Shown here: piece after piece, positions 1 to 13,449 of the stretch
Numbering within the stretch: the stretch's first letter is position 1
Layout of the letters: each line of letters opens with the position of its first letter
DNA from: Rhizophagus irregularis
Taxonomy: Eukaryota
NCBI RefSeq assembly: GCF_026210795.1
Contig: NC_089433.1
Span: 3,844,001 to 3,908,000, forward strand
Length of the DNA stretch: 64,000 bases
Direction of reading: 5' to 3'
Notes under the pieces: model-generated
The model's database searches: none
Seen by the model: only the letters and a program-made list of their open reading frames with translations
Told to the model about the DNA's origin: nothing
Translations under genes and position numbers: made by a program

Positions 1-1067
1 CATGCCCCAAATTCAATTTCCTTCTTTTGAAAATCATCTCTTTTTATATAAAGTGAAATTAAAAATTTTTCAGAAGACGCAGTAAAATCAAGTGATTTAA
101 ATATTTTTCAGGTGATTTGGCCACAAAATCTATATAAAATTGTTGAATTTATGACAAATTATTATATTAAAAGCTATTCGATGTACAAGTTCAAAATGTC
201 GCTCCATTCACTCAATTTTGTTTCAATAAAATAGTTTTATAAATAATCAACTAATTCTTGAAGAAGAAGCTCATCAGCAGCAATTAAAATTTTAAAAATA
301 TCTAACGTGTCCTCGTTCAACAAAAAAGATGCCACCATATAGATACCTATATTGAATATAAGATTATTATAAATATTATACTGTAATTTAAATTTATTAC
401 ATATATTACTTTTTAATACTTTATAATAATTTGGAAGATTTTCGATGAGTTAAGACGTTATTATTTTTTTAGAAGCCAAAGATCGTCGTAAAAAAGGAGA
501 ACGAGCACTATAAGGGCTGAATTTACCTGAAACTATTAATTATGGGCGCAGTACTACATTTAGTTTAAATGTATAAAAATTTTAAGTGTTTTAAATTTAC
601 TGCGTCCGCAATGACGTTCGCATTTATTATTAATAGAGACTGTCCGAAATGACCAGTTTGTTTAGGGGATTGCGCCTGTAGTGACGTTAAAATAACTTTT
701 AGTTCTTTAATGAAAAGCGGTTTTTATATGAAGTTGTTAAATTTAGGAAATCAATATTTTAATTGATTATTTTTAATTTTTATTAGTTTCCTATAAATAT
801 ATTGTGTGAAATTTGGCACAATGTTAGATTTGAAATGATTTTCTTCTTGAAATTTTCGTTATATTAATCATTTAATTAATGAACTTGGGATTTGTTATAA
901 TTTTCATCAAATATAGTAATAAATTTATTTTCGTAGCTTGGTGTGGTAAACGTGTTAAGTTCTACAGCACGAAATATTTTTACGTTCGGGTAAACATCAT
1001 AATATTCATCATCTTCCAATATTTTGAAAAAAATTGAACAGACATTTTTTAAATTGCGAAAATCCAA
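1..1067 (-). pseudogene. Degenerate BTB-BACK(-TLDc) paralog, runs off the window edge
   Basis: Exon-1 remnant (ILEDDEYYDV..PNVKIFRA near 966-1030; RSPFLRRSLAS near 470-503) split by a ~457-bp insertion. Exon 2 starts at 346 after an AG (YLYGGI...). Clearly paralogous to the intact copies but carries indels. Confidence 0.75.
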
Positions 1068-2774
1068 AATTCACGTGATATTGATATAAATTTTATATTT
1101 AAATTATTACGATCTCGTATAAATTGATAGATATGTTTATAAAATTCTGAGTTAAAAAAAAATATAATTTATTTATTTATAAGTATTTTTTTTTTTAACT
1201 CTTTAACAGTCGCCAATAAGTTAGAGGAATTCTTAATATTTAAAAGCAGCATTTGAATTTTAGATTGATTTAATATTTGTAATATAATAGTTAAACGTTC
1301 CTGTCATTTGTAACATAATAATAAATTGCAAACTATCACTACTAGAACTATGAATCCTTCACAAAATATATTGCCCAAGTTTAGGAGCACTTAAAATGTT
1401 GATTTAGATTGATTAATAAATATATAAAAGAAATCCAAAAAAAATCTTCAATTAGCAAAAATTAAAATTATAAAAGTAATATGAGCTAGCTTTAATTTAC
1501 GAAATATTTTCATTTACAGCATATTGCAAATACAGAAATACAATACTAAAAACCCTTTAACAAACAATAGTGACAGCTCATTCCAATCGATATACCTCAC
1601 TGAGTCAAATTTACCGTCTTTATATATAAAAGAAATAACACAATATACTCATTCATATGATTCGAACCATTGAGTGCATGACTGCATGGAAGAAAATTAT
1701 GACATTATTTACTCTTGAAAGACAAATGTATGTTATTCTCTATCATTTAGCTAATATATTTAGTGGCCCAAACCAGTATAGATATTTTTTCATTTTATGT
1801 GTTCTAAAATTTTGAGTTACTTCACCTGTGGTCAGTGATGATTACTGCAGCCCAAATTTTTATTTAAAAGTATTCTATTTATTTAATATAAGTGTAGGTA
1901 GAATTCAAAAGCAATAAAAATTTGAAAATATTTATTCACCATTATTGCTTCAAATGAACAAAATTAAATCTCACTGCCAAGATTGTAATGTAAGGATAAA
2001 ATACAGTTTCTATTTGTATCTCGTCTATATTATTGTGACTCATTTTTTTTTTATTTTCAAGTTTATAAAAAATGAATTTTGTTTTTATTTAAAAAATTAT
2101 TTATAGGAAGTTAATTATTTAATTCTATTATTAAATAATTAGTAAGCTACTTAATTTGGTGTGGAATGTCCGTTAAATACATATATTATTAAAAAATAAT
2201 TTAAAAAATTTACTGAATAATTGAAAAAAAAATTAATTGGCTTCTGTTTGGTAAAGTTTAATTCAAAACAGGTGCGTAAAAAATAAAGTTGAATCATTCA
2301 GGTGAATCTTCTTAACAACTGACTGACAGTGAGCTTACTAAAAGTACTGCATGGAAGTATACTGTCACTCCACATCTCCATCATCGAATTATTTCCAGTT
2401 TGTTATACTATTAAGCATAAACACTCTTTAATTTATATATACTTTCCATAGATAATTCTATAGACTATTTAATAAAAAAGATGTAAATACTTAAAATAGG
2501 GGAGGGTGATTAACTCGGCTTAATGGAACTAGAGACATAAAGTAAATAAACAATTTGAGTCAATAGTTCATGAAAGGAAATTCTACACAAAATTTAAATC
2601 ATTCGTTTCATAAAAAATACTATACCAGCAATATAAAAAGTTCTGCTCATAAAAATTATGATAAAAGATTATTTTTTGATACGAACTTTAAGAATATCCT
2701 ATGGCAATTTCATCTAATTTAATCTCTTTTATTTATAATACTAAATCTTAAATTATACAAACAAAAAAATAAAT

Positions 2775-4316
2775 TTATCTCTTTAAGATTTGAAATATCT
2801 CATATTCTTCAATAATAAATTCACCATCAGTATCTCTTATTCTTTTTTCATAATGACATTTTTTATAAACCATCTCGGTATAATCTGTAGATTCATTAGG
2901 AGCCCACAAAATAATATCGCCAAAATTAGGTCCATTATTAGACTAACAATAGAAACCTTGATTCGTTTCTCCCATGTTACTAATAATTGCGTTTTTAATA
3001 TCTTTATTTTTAAAAGAAAAGATAAAACTTCCATAACCACCAGAAGATTCCCATTTTAAAGGGTTGTATCCACCAATAATTTCTTCTGCTCCTTTTACTT
3101 TAATTAAAGTAATAGTATTAGGTTTACCATCACATAATTCATGAAATTTTTTTGAAGTAAATCCATCTCGACTTCCACTTAATAATAATTGAAATTTGTA
3201 TGGCAAATATAATTCTCTTAAATGATCAAATTTACTATTATAATTAATAATATATATTTTATCAATCCATTTCGAAATAGCCGAAATAATATTTAAATTA
3301 ACGATTTTCGAATCAATAATACTTTTAAACTTAATATTTCTAGGATACAAAATATTATCGGTTGGTTCACTATCAGAATCTAAATGAGAATTTAATAAAT
3401 TTTCATAAATTTCGCGTTTTAAGAGCTTTTTATAAGGACGAACTTTTTGTAAAAATTCTTTGGATGATAAACTAAAAAATCTAATCCAAGGTAAACAATT
3501 TTGTAAAATATTTTCCATTGTTTTAAAATCATCATCTGACCAGTCATTAGGATCTGGAAGAAGTGTAGGATTTTGTGCGAGACCCCATTTTAATACATGT
3601 TCCCAAACCTCAATTTCTTTCATTTGTAAATCATCTCTTTTAATGAGTTGGACTAAAGATTTTTTAGGGAGTGAAGTAAAATCAAGCGATTTAAATACTT
3701 TCTCTGGAGATTTTGCCATAAGATCTGTACAGAATTGTTGAATTTCCAATAAAGAATTATATTGAAAACTTGTTCGATGAATGAATTCAAAGTGTTGCTC
3801 CATCCATTCGGATTTATTTTCAATCAAATATTTTTGTAAATAATCAACTAATTCCTGAAGAAATAGGTCATCTGCTGCCAATAAAATTTGAAAAATTTCT
3901 GAAGGATCTTGCACATTTAATGAAAGAATACCACCATAAATATACCTATATTGCAAATTGCAAATTAATTATTTCGATAAATATTAGAGATTATTATAAA
4001 TTTATACGCATTATATTCACATTATATTTATACTACTGTATGGTCATAAACTTACCTACCTTAAAATAATTTGGAAAACCTCTGGTGATATATTCGGAAA
4101 CTTTATGTTAATTAAAACATTGTCCTTATTCTGGTTGTTATTAGAGGCCAAAGTACGTCGTAAGTATGGAGAACGGTAACACAAGATACTCTTGTGTGAA
4201 CGAAATATTTTCACATTAGGATCTTTGCCAACTTCAATTGTAATATCGTAATATTCATTATCTTCCAATAATTCAATATAGTTTTGACTTAATTTTGAAA
4301 GAAATTGTGTTGACAT
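2775..4316 (-). pseudogene. BTB/POZ-BACK-TLDc protein, copy 1, with premature stop in TLDc
   Basis: Exons 4316-4060 and 3945-2775, GT-AG intron. In-frame TAG at 2943-2945 (GFYC*SNNGPNF vs ALYCGPNNGPDF in copy 2); homology continues to ...EEYEIFQILKR* at 2775. Confidence 0.8.
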
Positions 4317-5284
4317 ATTATAAAAAAACCGAAATTAATATGGTAAAAAAAAAAATTGTGTAAATTTATAAAGTTTACATTTACTTATTTTAGTAATGTA
4401 ATCATTTCACATTTGGTTAAATTAAATATCAATGCAAATTCTTTCCAAATAAAAATTATTATGCCATCAGAAACAATTTTTATCACATGAATAAATTTTC
4501 AATATTTCAATATTTTTGATTCTAATCTCACGGATGAATATATGTTAAATATGTAGTTTTTAACAAGTAATAAAAGTTGATATTATTAAATCGTATAATA
4601 ATTTAAAATAATTTTTTTTAATGATAAAAATCTTTACAGAAATGTAGCGGTTATATAACCTACTACTGACTACTGAGAAATCATTTTAATCATTTTTAGT
4701 TAGCTTACAAGATTATATCTAGTAATGTTATTATTATAAAAATTTTGTTCATGAAAGGTAATGTACTAAATAAAAAAAAAAGCTAAATAATTAGTTTTCA
4801 TTTATCTATTTGTAAAAATGTCGTACACATTTCCCTATAATCCATAATATTCTGAGAAACATTATTCAATATTGGTAATTTTTATTATGGCATTAAAACA
4901 AAAGTGTCGTGATACCTATTTGTAACATATTGGTAATTAAAATTGTTATTTGATAATTGATACTTTTCTCGGATTTTTTTATTTCTAAAATTAAAAAATT
5001 AAATCTCTTTCCCATTTTTTTTATGCTAAGCTGATCTGCAAATATGGGTTCTAGTAAGATAACAATCATAACATAGTGTAACATAACGAGTTTAGTTACA
5101 TCATGTCGTACCTCTTTTTAAAAGACATTTTATTTTTCGTAGAGTATCAGTGCAAGCATCCAGATTGTGGACAAAATAAATCTCCCTTTTTTATTTAGGT
5201 ACTTTTGAAGTTTATTTAATCCTTCACAGAAATAAATAAAGTTTTTTATGATTTATAGTCCGAATTCTCTTAACAACTTCTTTA

Positions 5285-5426
5285 CAGAAACTTCAAGATA
5301 GTAGCGATGGCTTAATGCGCAGTAACTGCGTTATAAATACATAGTGACCACATTATGTAATCGTAAAGAAATTACATATATGTAGTTACTGTGCATTAAG
5401 CCATCGCTACGATCTTGAAGTTTCTG
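5285..5426. mobile_element. Tc1/mariner-type MITE (~45-bp TIRs, TA target duplication)
   Basis: Starts CAGAAACTTCAAGATAGTAGCGATGGCTTAATGCGCAGTAACT, ends AGTTACTGTGCATTAAGCCATCGCTACGATCTTGAAGTTTCTG, with TA on both sides. Confidence 0.7.
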
Positions 5427-5924
5427 TAAAGTTACCGGTTCTATTATAGGATCGTAGCAAAAGCTAGTACCAACAGTTAACTAAAAATACTGCATGGAAA
5501 CATACTTACTGTTCCTTTGCACCTTCACCACCATATCCTTACCTTTAATTTATAGTAGTATTTAAATATAAAATACTAGCGCTAGTATTTGATTCATATA
5601 TCTTTTCTATAGATATTTCTATAAAGATCATTTTAATTTTAATAAAAAAAATGTGTAAATACTTAAATTCGAGTCAATTAGTTGGATATACAGTATTTGT
5701 TAGATAAAATCGTTCACGGAAGGAAATTCATACAAAATTTAAAATCATTCATAGTTTCATAAAAAAAGTATACCAATAATTTGAAAAATTCGGTTGAGTT
5801 ATTTGAAATCATGAAAAAAGTTAATTTTTTTGATGCGAGCTTCAAGGTAATTCTATAGTAATTTCAATTTCTTTTTATTTATAATACTAAAATAATAAAT
5901 AATATAAACATAAAAATACAACAA

Positions 5925-7461
5925 TTATCTCTTTAAGATTTGAAATACTTCATAGTCATCCATAGTAAAATTACCTTCAGTATCTCTTATACTTTTTTCA
6001 TGATGACGCTTTTTACAGACTAATTTAGTATAAACATTGGTTCCATCAGGAGTATATAAAATAATATCGGCAAAATCAGGTCCATTGTTAGGTCCACAAT
6101 AAAGTGCTTCATTCGTTTTTTCGATATTACTAATAATTGCACTTTTAATATCTTTATTTTTAAAAGAAAATATAAAACTATCTTTAGTTACAACCCAACC
6201 ACCAGAAGATTCCCATTTTAGAGGGTTATATCCACCAATAATTTCTTCTGCTCCTTTTACTTTGATAAAAGTAACAGTATAAGGTTTACCATCACATAAT
6301 TGATGAAATTTTTTAGGAGTAAATCCATCTCGACTTCCTCTTAATAATAATTGAAATTTGTATGGTAAATATAATTCTCTTAAATAAGAAAAGTTACAAT
6401 TAACATCAACTTTATTGATCCATCTTGAAATAATCGAAGCCATATTCAAATCAATAATTTTTGAATCAATAATACCATCAAATCTAATATTTCTAGGAAG
6501 TAAAATATTATCAATTGGTTTAATATCAGGATCTAAGTGAGAATTTAATAAATTTTCATAAACTTGGCGTCTTAAGAGCTTTTTATAAGGATGAACTTTT
6601 TGTAAAAATTCTTTGGATGATAAACTAAAAAATCTAATCCAAGGTAAACAATGTTGTAAAGTATTTTCCATTGTTTTAAAATCATCATCTGACCAGTCAT
6701 TAGGATCCGGAAGGAGTGTGGGATTTTTTGTAAGTCCCCATTTTAATACATGCTCCCAAACCTCTGATTCTTTCATTTGTAAATCATCTCTTTTAATGAG
6801 TTGAACTAAGGATTTATCGGAAAGAGAAGTGAAATCAAGCGATTTAAACACTTTCTCCGGTGATTTTGCCATAAAATCTGTACAGAATTGTTGAATTTCT
6901 AATAAAGAATTGTATTGAAAACTTGTTCGATGAATAAATTCAAAATGTTGTTCCATCCATTTAGATTTATTTTCAATCAAATATTTTTGTAAATAATCAA
7001 TTAATTCTTGAAGAAATAGTTCATCTGCTGCCAATAAAATTTGAAAAATTTCTGAAGCATCTTGTCCACTCAATGAGAGAATACCACCATAAATATACCT
7101 GTATCATAAAAATTAATTATTTCGATAAATATTAAAGATCATTATACGTATTATATTCATGTTATATTTAGTCATTATTGTACTGTATATAGTTACAAAC
7201 TTACCTTAAAATAATTTGGAAAACCTCTGGTGATATATTCGGAAACTTAATGTTAGTTAAAACATTGTCCTTACTCTGGTTTTTACTAGAGGCCAAACTA
7301 CGTCGTAAGCACGGAGAACGGTAACACAAAATAATCTTGTGTGAACGAAATATTTTCACATTAGGATCTTTACCAACTTCAATTGTAATGTCATAATATT
7401 CACTATCATCCAATAATTCAATATAGTTTTGACTTAATTTAGAAAAAAATTGAGTAGACAT
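5925..7461 (-). CDS. BTB/POZ-BACK-TLDc protein, copy 2 (intact, 476 aa)
   Basis: join(7461-7205, 7098-5925). BTB: YYDITIEVG..KIFRSHKIILCYRS / YIYGG. BACK-like: LIKRDDLQMKE.EVW..VLKWG. TLDc: LLLRGSRDGF...IIGGYNP..W...SFIFSF...GPDF...DYEVFQI. Confidence 0.9.
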
Positions 7462-8929
7462 ATTAATATTTATAATAATTTAAAGTACGAATTTAATATG
7501 GTTATAAAAAAAAAATTGTGTAATTTATAAAGTTTATTTTTCATTCAAATTTAGTTAAATTAAAGATCAACATAAATTCTTTCCAAATAAAACCATTACG
7601 TCATCAGAAAATAATTTTTTAATTCTTTTCATTTATTTTTGCATAAAACGCTGATCAAATCATTTAGTATCCAAAGAACTGGATCTATTCTCAGTGTGTA
7701 TTATCCCGGAGCTCATTGTCCTGAATAACTTTTTAGTAATTAATACAATTAATATCTATAAGATAGTGATTCCGATTTTAACAAAATTATAATAAAGCAA
7801 AAAACGTTGAAATAGTTTTAACTTGTTAAAATGAATCAAATGTAGCGATAGCGAGTCTGAATATAAACTTGATGACTAACTGGATACCATAAATTAAAAA
7901 TTACTCGTAGTCATGTGATATATAGTTTTCATACATCCACCCTAGCGTCGCCTCCAAAAAATGGTAGCCGGATTCATTTTTCCGGGTTACATATAATATT
8001 ATGGATGTGACAAATAATAGGCAATAACTATGGGGTTTTGGAATATCAGGGTTTTTTTCCCAAAGGGAAAACCCATAGTATTCCGCCCCATGAAATTACT
8101 AAGATATACTCAGGAACGTGTGATTTATGATCACTTTAAACTTTGTAATAATATTAAAGTAGAAGTCATTAATGTAATTATATATATAATAAAGAACAGG
8201 TAATTTAATTTTATATAATAAAGTTTATTACCATGAAAAACAGTCTAAAAATATCTCGGGAAAAAATATTTACTGTACATATATCATTAGGGAAATTACG
8301 ATGCTCTATATCATAAGTCACACTTAGTGCGACAGGGTATAATTAGAGTTTTTACATATAAAAAAAATTCGAAGTCCACAGAATAATAACAGCTAGGATG
8401 TGACTAACTCTAGTCCTAACCCTAATTCTAAAGAACCGACAAAATGAATCAGGTTACCATTTTTTGGAGGCGGCGCTAGGTTCGTCGTTGTCATACTGAG
8501 TATATAATACAAATATGTCCCCAATATCTTTAGTTTTTATTTTTTTTTTTAGGTCTCTTTGTGCTTCTCTTTTTAGTCTTCTTTTGATCTTCTTTTTCTT
8601 TCTAGGTCTTTTCTTTACTTCGGTCTTCACTTTTTTTCTGACTGCATTCTCCGTCATTTCTTCTCCTCTCTTTTCTTTAAGTCTTCTCTTTATTAGGTCC
8701 TCTTTCAGTTCCTTTTTAGCAACCCTCCAATTATTTCAATTATTTGAACATTTGAACTTATGATAATAATTATAATATTAATTAGTAATGGTTGATTATT
8801 GAAAAATTTATTGTTATTAGGTCTTCTTTTTGGTTCCCTTTTTTTACAATCTTCTTTTAGATACTTAGGTTGGGAGTGTGTAAGGATGGGTGGTGCGTGT
8901 ATGATTTATTATGTATTCCCTTGTCCTCT

Positions 8930-9255
8930 CGTTTTCCTTCTTTCCTTTGCCTTTCCCTTATTCCCTCGCTCTTTCCGTTCTCTCCTTCCTTTCCTTTTCC
9001 CTAATTCTCTCGCTTTTTCCCTTTTCCTTTTCTTATTTATTCACTCTTTTCATTTCCCCTCTCTTTACCTTTCCTCTCTTATCCCCTCATTCTTTCCTTT
9101 CCCTTTCCCTTGTTCTTTCGCTCATTTTCCTTTCCCTCTCTTATTCCATTCTTTCCTTTTCCTTCTCTTTCCTATCTTTTACTTTCCTCTTTACCTTCCC
9201 TTCCCTTTCCTTACTCTTTCCCTTTCCCTCTCTCACTTTTCCTTCCCTCTTCCCC
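8930..9255. repeat. Polypyrimidine low-complexity tract (TTCCCT/TTTCC-like)
   Basis: Almost entirely C/T on the + strand; produces spurious F/L/P/S-rich ORFs. Confidence 0.75.
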
Positions 9256-9927
9256 TGATCAATATTGCTGCACCTCAACGTGATGATCAGGTGACAACAA
9301 GTTTTTTAAAAGACTTGGCTAAGTCAGAAACAAATGTAACGGTTTGTCTATTTTTAACTATAAATTAAACTAAAATTTTTATTTGATTTCTCATTTATAT
9401 GATTATTCAATTTTAATTTTTGCAAATGTATTAATAATATGATCCAAAGATTATTACAGTAATTAGTAAATCTAAAATTTATTGAGATTAAATTCAAATA
9501 AGACAAATGCGTATTGTATACAAAAATTATTAATTAAACATAACTTAATTATAGCTTTTACAATTGCAAAATTAAAATAATAATGTTAAAACCAATTTTA
9601 ATCAGTTAAGTCGGCATTACTACTATAAAAGAATAATCACATTAGATTTATTTTAAAAAATCCCTGCCCATAAACATCTTTTTTTGGATTCAGAGAATCG
9701 TTGAAGCAAATTTGAGAAAATATTTCGTAGAAATGTAATGATTGTATAATCTACAGTAGCACTAGACTAGTATTTTAACTTTTAATATTTACATTATTCG
9801 CAATCAAGTCTTAACATTATTATTGTAAAACTTTATTCATCAAAAAGATCATACACAAAATAAAATAAATAAAATAAAATAAAATAATTTGCTCGTTTAT
9901 CTATTTAACTAACATAAAAATACCGTA

Positions 9928-11417
9928 CTATCTCTTTATAACCTGAAATACTTCATAATCTTCTATTTGAAATTTACCTTCAGCTCTTATCATTTTTTCA
10001 TAATGTACCCATCCACAGTAACTTGTATCATAATTTGTTGATTCATTAGAAGCACGTATGATAATATCTCTGCCAAAAAATGGACCATCGGCTCGACAAT
10101 AACAAACTGCAAATTCTGCTGTGTCTCGTACGTTACTAAAAATTGCATCTTTAATATTTTTATTTTTAAAAGAAAAAATAAAACTATCTTTAGTTTTACC
10201 CTTATTATCAGAAGTTTCCCAAGTTATAGGGTTGTATCCACCAATAATCTCTTCTGATCCTTTTACTTTGATAAAAGTAACAGTATTAGGTATACCATTA
10301 CATAATTGATGAAATTTTTTTGGAGTAAATCCATCTCGACTTCCTCTTAATAATAATTCAAATTTGTATGGTAAATATAATTCTCTTAAATGATCAAATT
10401 TTCCATTAATAATGATAACTGTTTTATCAATCCATCTTAAAACAGCTGAAACAAGAACTAGATTAACAATTTCTGAATCAATAATTCTCTCAATTTTAAT
10501 ACTTCTAGGAAGTAAAATATTGTCGGCTGGTTCAGTATCAGGATCCACATGAGAATTTAATAAATCTTCATAAACTTGGTGGTTTAAGAGCCTTTTATAA
10601 GGATGAACTTTTTGTAAAAATTCTTTGGATGATAAACTAAAAAATCTAATCCAAGGTAAACAATGTTGTAAGGTATTTTTCATTGTTTTAAAATCAGCAT
10701 CTGATAAGTCATTAAGATCAAATGTAGGATTTTGTGCAAGACCCCATTTTAATACATGATCCCAGACCTCAATCTCTTTCATTTGCAAATCATCTCTTTT
10801 AATGAGTTGAACTAAAGATTTTTCAGGAAGTAAAGTGAAATCAAGTGATTTAAATACTTTCTCTGGAGATTTTGCCGTTAAATCTCTGCAAAATTGTCGA
10901 ATTTCCGATAAAGAATCGTATTGAAAACTTGTTCGATGAATGAATTCAAAATGTTGTTCCATCCATTCAGATTCATTTTCAACCAAGTATTTTTGTAAAT
11001 AACCAATTAATTCTTGAAGATCTAGTTCATCTGCTGCCAATAAAATTTGAAAAATTTGGGAAGCATTTTGTTCATTCAATGAAAGAATACCACCATAAAT
11101 ATACCTATATTAAAATATTAATTATCTCAATAAATATTAGAGGTATTAATTTCATGTTATACTTATTGTATATTAAGTTTACCTTAAAATAATTTGAAAA
11201 ACTTTTGGTGATATATTCGGTAACTTGATATTGGTTAAAACATTGTCTTTATTCTGCTTCTTATTAGAATCCAAAGCTCGTTGTAAGTATAGAGAACGAG
11301 AAAACAAAATACTCTATTAGAATCTTTGCCAACTTCAACTGTAATATCGTAATATTCATTATTATCCAATAATTCAATATAATTTTGACTTAGTGTTGAA
11401 AGAAATTGTGTCGACAT
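9928..11417 (-). pseudogene. BTB/POZ-BACK-TLDc protein, copy 3, exon-1 frameshift
   Basis: Exons 11417-11183 and 11104-9928. Relative to copy 1, a 22-nt deletion near 11315 removes VKIFRSH and shifts the frame; exon 2 is fully open. Confidence 0.8.
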
Positions 11418-13449
11418 ATTATAAAAAAATCGAAATTAATATGGTAAAAAAAAAAAATTGTGTAAATTTATAAGTTTTTCTCTTACTTATTTTAGTAATG
11501 CAATCAATACATATTTGGTTAAATTAAAGATCAATGTAAATTCTTTCCAAATAAAAATTATTCCGTCATCAGAAAAATCAAATGCAACTTTATCACGTGA
11601 ATGATTTGCAACTTTTTTTTTTGAAATTTTAATATCTCAACAGATGGAATCTAAAAAAAATTGTCTGACGTTTGTCTCCGCATAAATAATTTGAATTGTG
11701 TAACTTGAAATCCCATGCCATAATTATAATTAAATCCCGTGACATGCCTCATTTATGGTGCAAAACTATTTGATCGTGTGGGTTAATGAAAAATTACCTT
11801 AATCGGATTTTTTTTTTTTTGATTATTAATTTTTAATTTTTTTTTGTAAAATTTTTCTCACTCATTTCCCGTTTATGTTTAATTTTTTTTTCCCAAACTG
11901 AAGTTTTTTTATTATTACTATTAAATAATTTAAATAATCCTATTGTTTCTGTCTTTTCAGACCGATTTTTTTTATATTATTTTTTTCGATCTTTTTTTTT
12001 AGACCGTATTGTTATTTTTCTTAAAAATATTTTTTTTTCACTTTTTTTGTACTTTTTTTTCAGAATTTTTTTCGGTACTTATTTTTTTTCGGATTCCTTT
12101 TTTTCGGTATTTCCCTTTTTTAATCCGATTTCTTTCTTTTATTTTCTTTTCTCCCCAAATTTTTTTGATTTTTTTTTCTTTTTCTTTCAATTTTTTTTAT
12201 TATTAACGTTAAATAAAGAAATAAAATATTATATTAAATATATTTACAAAATTATTATTTTTTTAATGTAACGTAGGAAAATTGACCGACGTTGATAAAA
12301 AAGATTATTAAGATATTTTCAATTAAATTGAATACTGGATAAATAGTTTGATTTTAAATTCATAAAATCAAAAAAAAAATTGATATTTTTACAATATTTT
12401 ATAATTAATTAATTGAAGAAACTGTTAAGTTAATAATAAATTATTATAACCAAATCCATATCCGAAATTCTCTAAATAATCACCAAGATTTTTGAATAAA
12501 GATTTTAAATTCAAATGGTTTAGTTAAATTAATAATTTATCGAATAAAATAAATATCAAAAGAATAATAATAAATGAAATGAACAGATTCTAATACATTT
12601 AATTGTTCAAATATTTTTTTTCTAGGTTGGTTATAAGTTTTAAGATTGACGTAATATAAATAATAAGAAATAATTATAAAATTTATAATTAATTAATAAA
12701 AATATTTGTAATATTGTTATAATATTAAAGTTTTTTTCGAAAATACTTCTAAAAAAAATAATCAATTTTTATTGATAATTATTTTTTCACAATTCCTTAA
12801 TTAATCCGAATTTCATCATTTTATACTCAAACGTCAAATCATAATATAAATAGCTAGTACATTATTGTAAATATAATTTAATACACATTATTTTATTATT
12901 TTCTGTTAACTAATTATTATCCATATTAAATTCCTAATTATAAACAAAACACTACTGTAACCATCTTTAATTTACTTAGTATTACATTATGATACTAAAA
13001 ATTTTTCTATTTAAACAAACTCATTGGTCCCGATGCGAAGCAACGGTTACTGTTATTTCTTTTCTGAGTTTATTGTTAAAGTCGCCTAAACTTTTTCTTT
13101 TCAAATAGAGAGCTGATCAAAATCAGTCATTATCCTGAAAACAATGTTATGTAAGAGACTAACGATAAATGCGTTAATAATTGTACGAGATTTGTAAAAA
13201 CATCGGCTTAATGATAAGAATTTTTTCGTAGTTGAGCAAGTTTGGAGAAATGTAATGGTTATATAACCTACAGAAGTTTCAGTATACTTTAATTTTTTTT
13301 TAAATAAACTTACGAAATTAGAGAAATTATTTTTCGCAATTTAGTAACATTATTATAGTAAAATTTATTCGTGAAAAGGTGATGCACCAAATAAAAAACA
13401 ATTCAATAATTTACTCATTTATCTTATTATCTAACACAAAAATACCGTA

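Noticed and set aside
8411..8425. CCTAACCCTAA telomere-like motif
   Set aside because: Only about two units; not an array.
8454..9368. K/R-rich and F/L/S/P-rich ORFs
   Set aside because: Artefacts of low-complexity purine/pyrimidine tracts.
12009..12271. Phe-rich ORFs
   Set aside because: T-rich low-complexity DNA.
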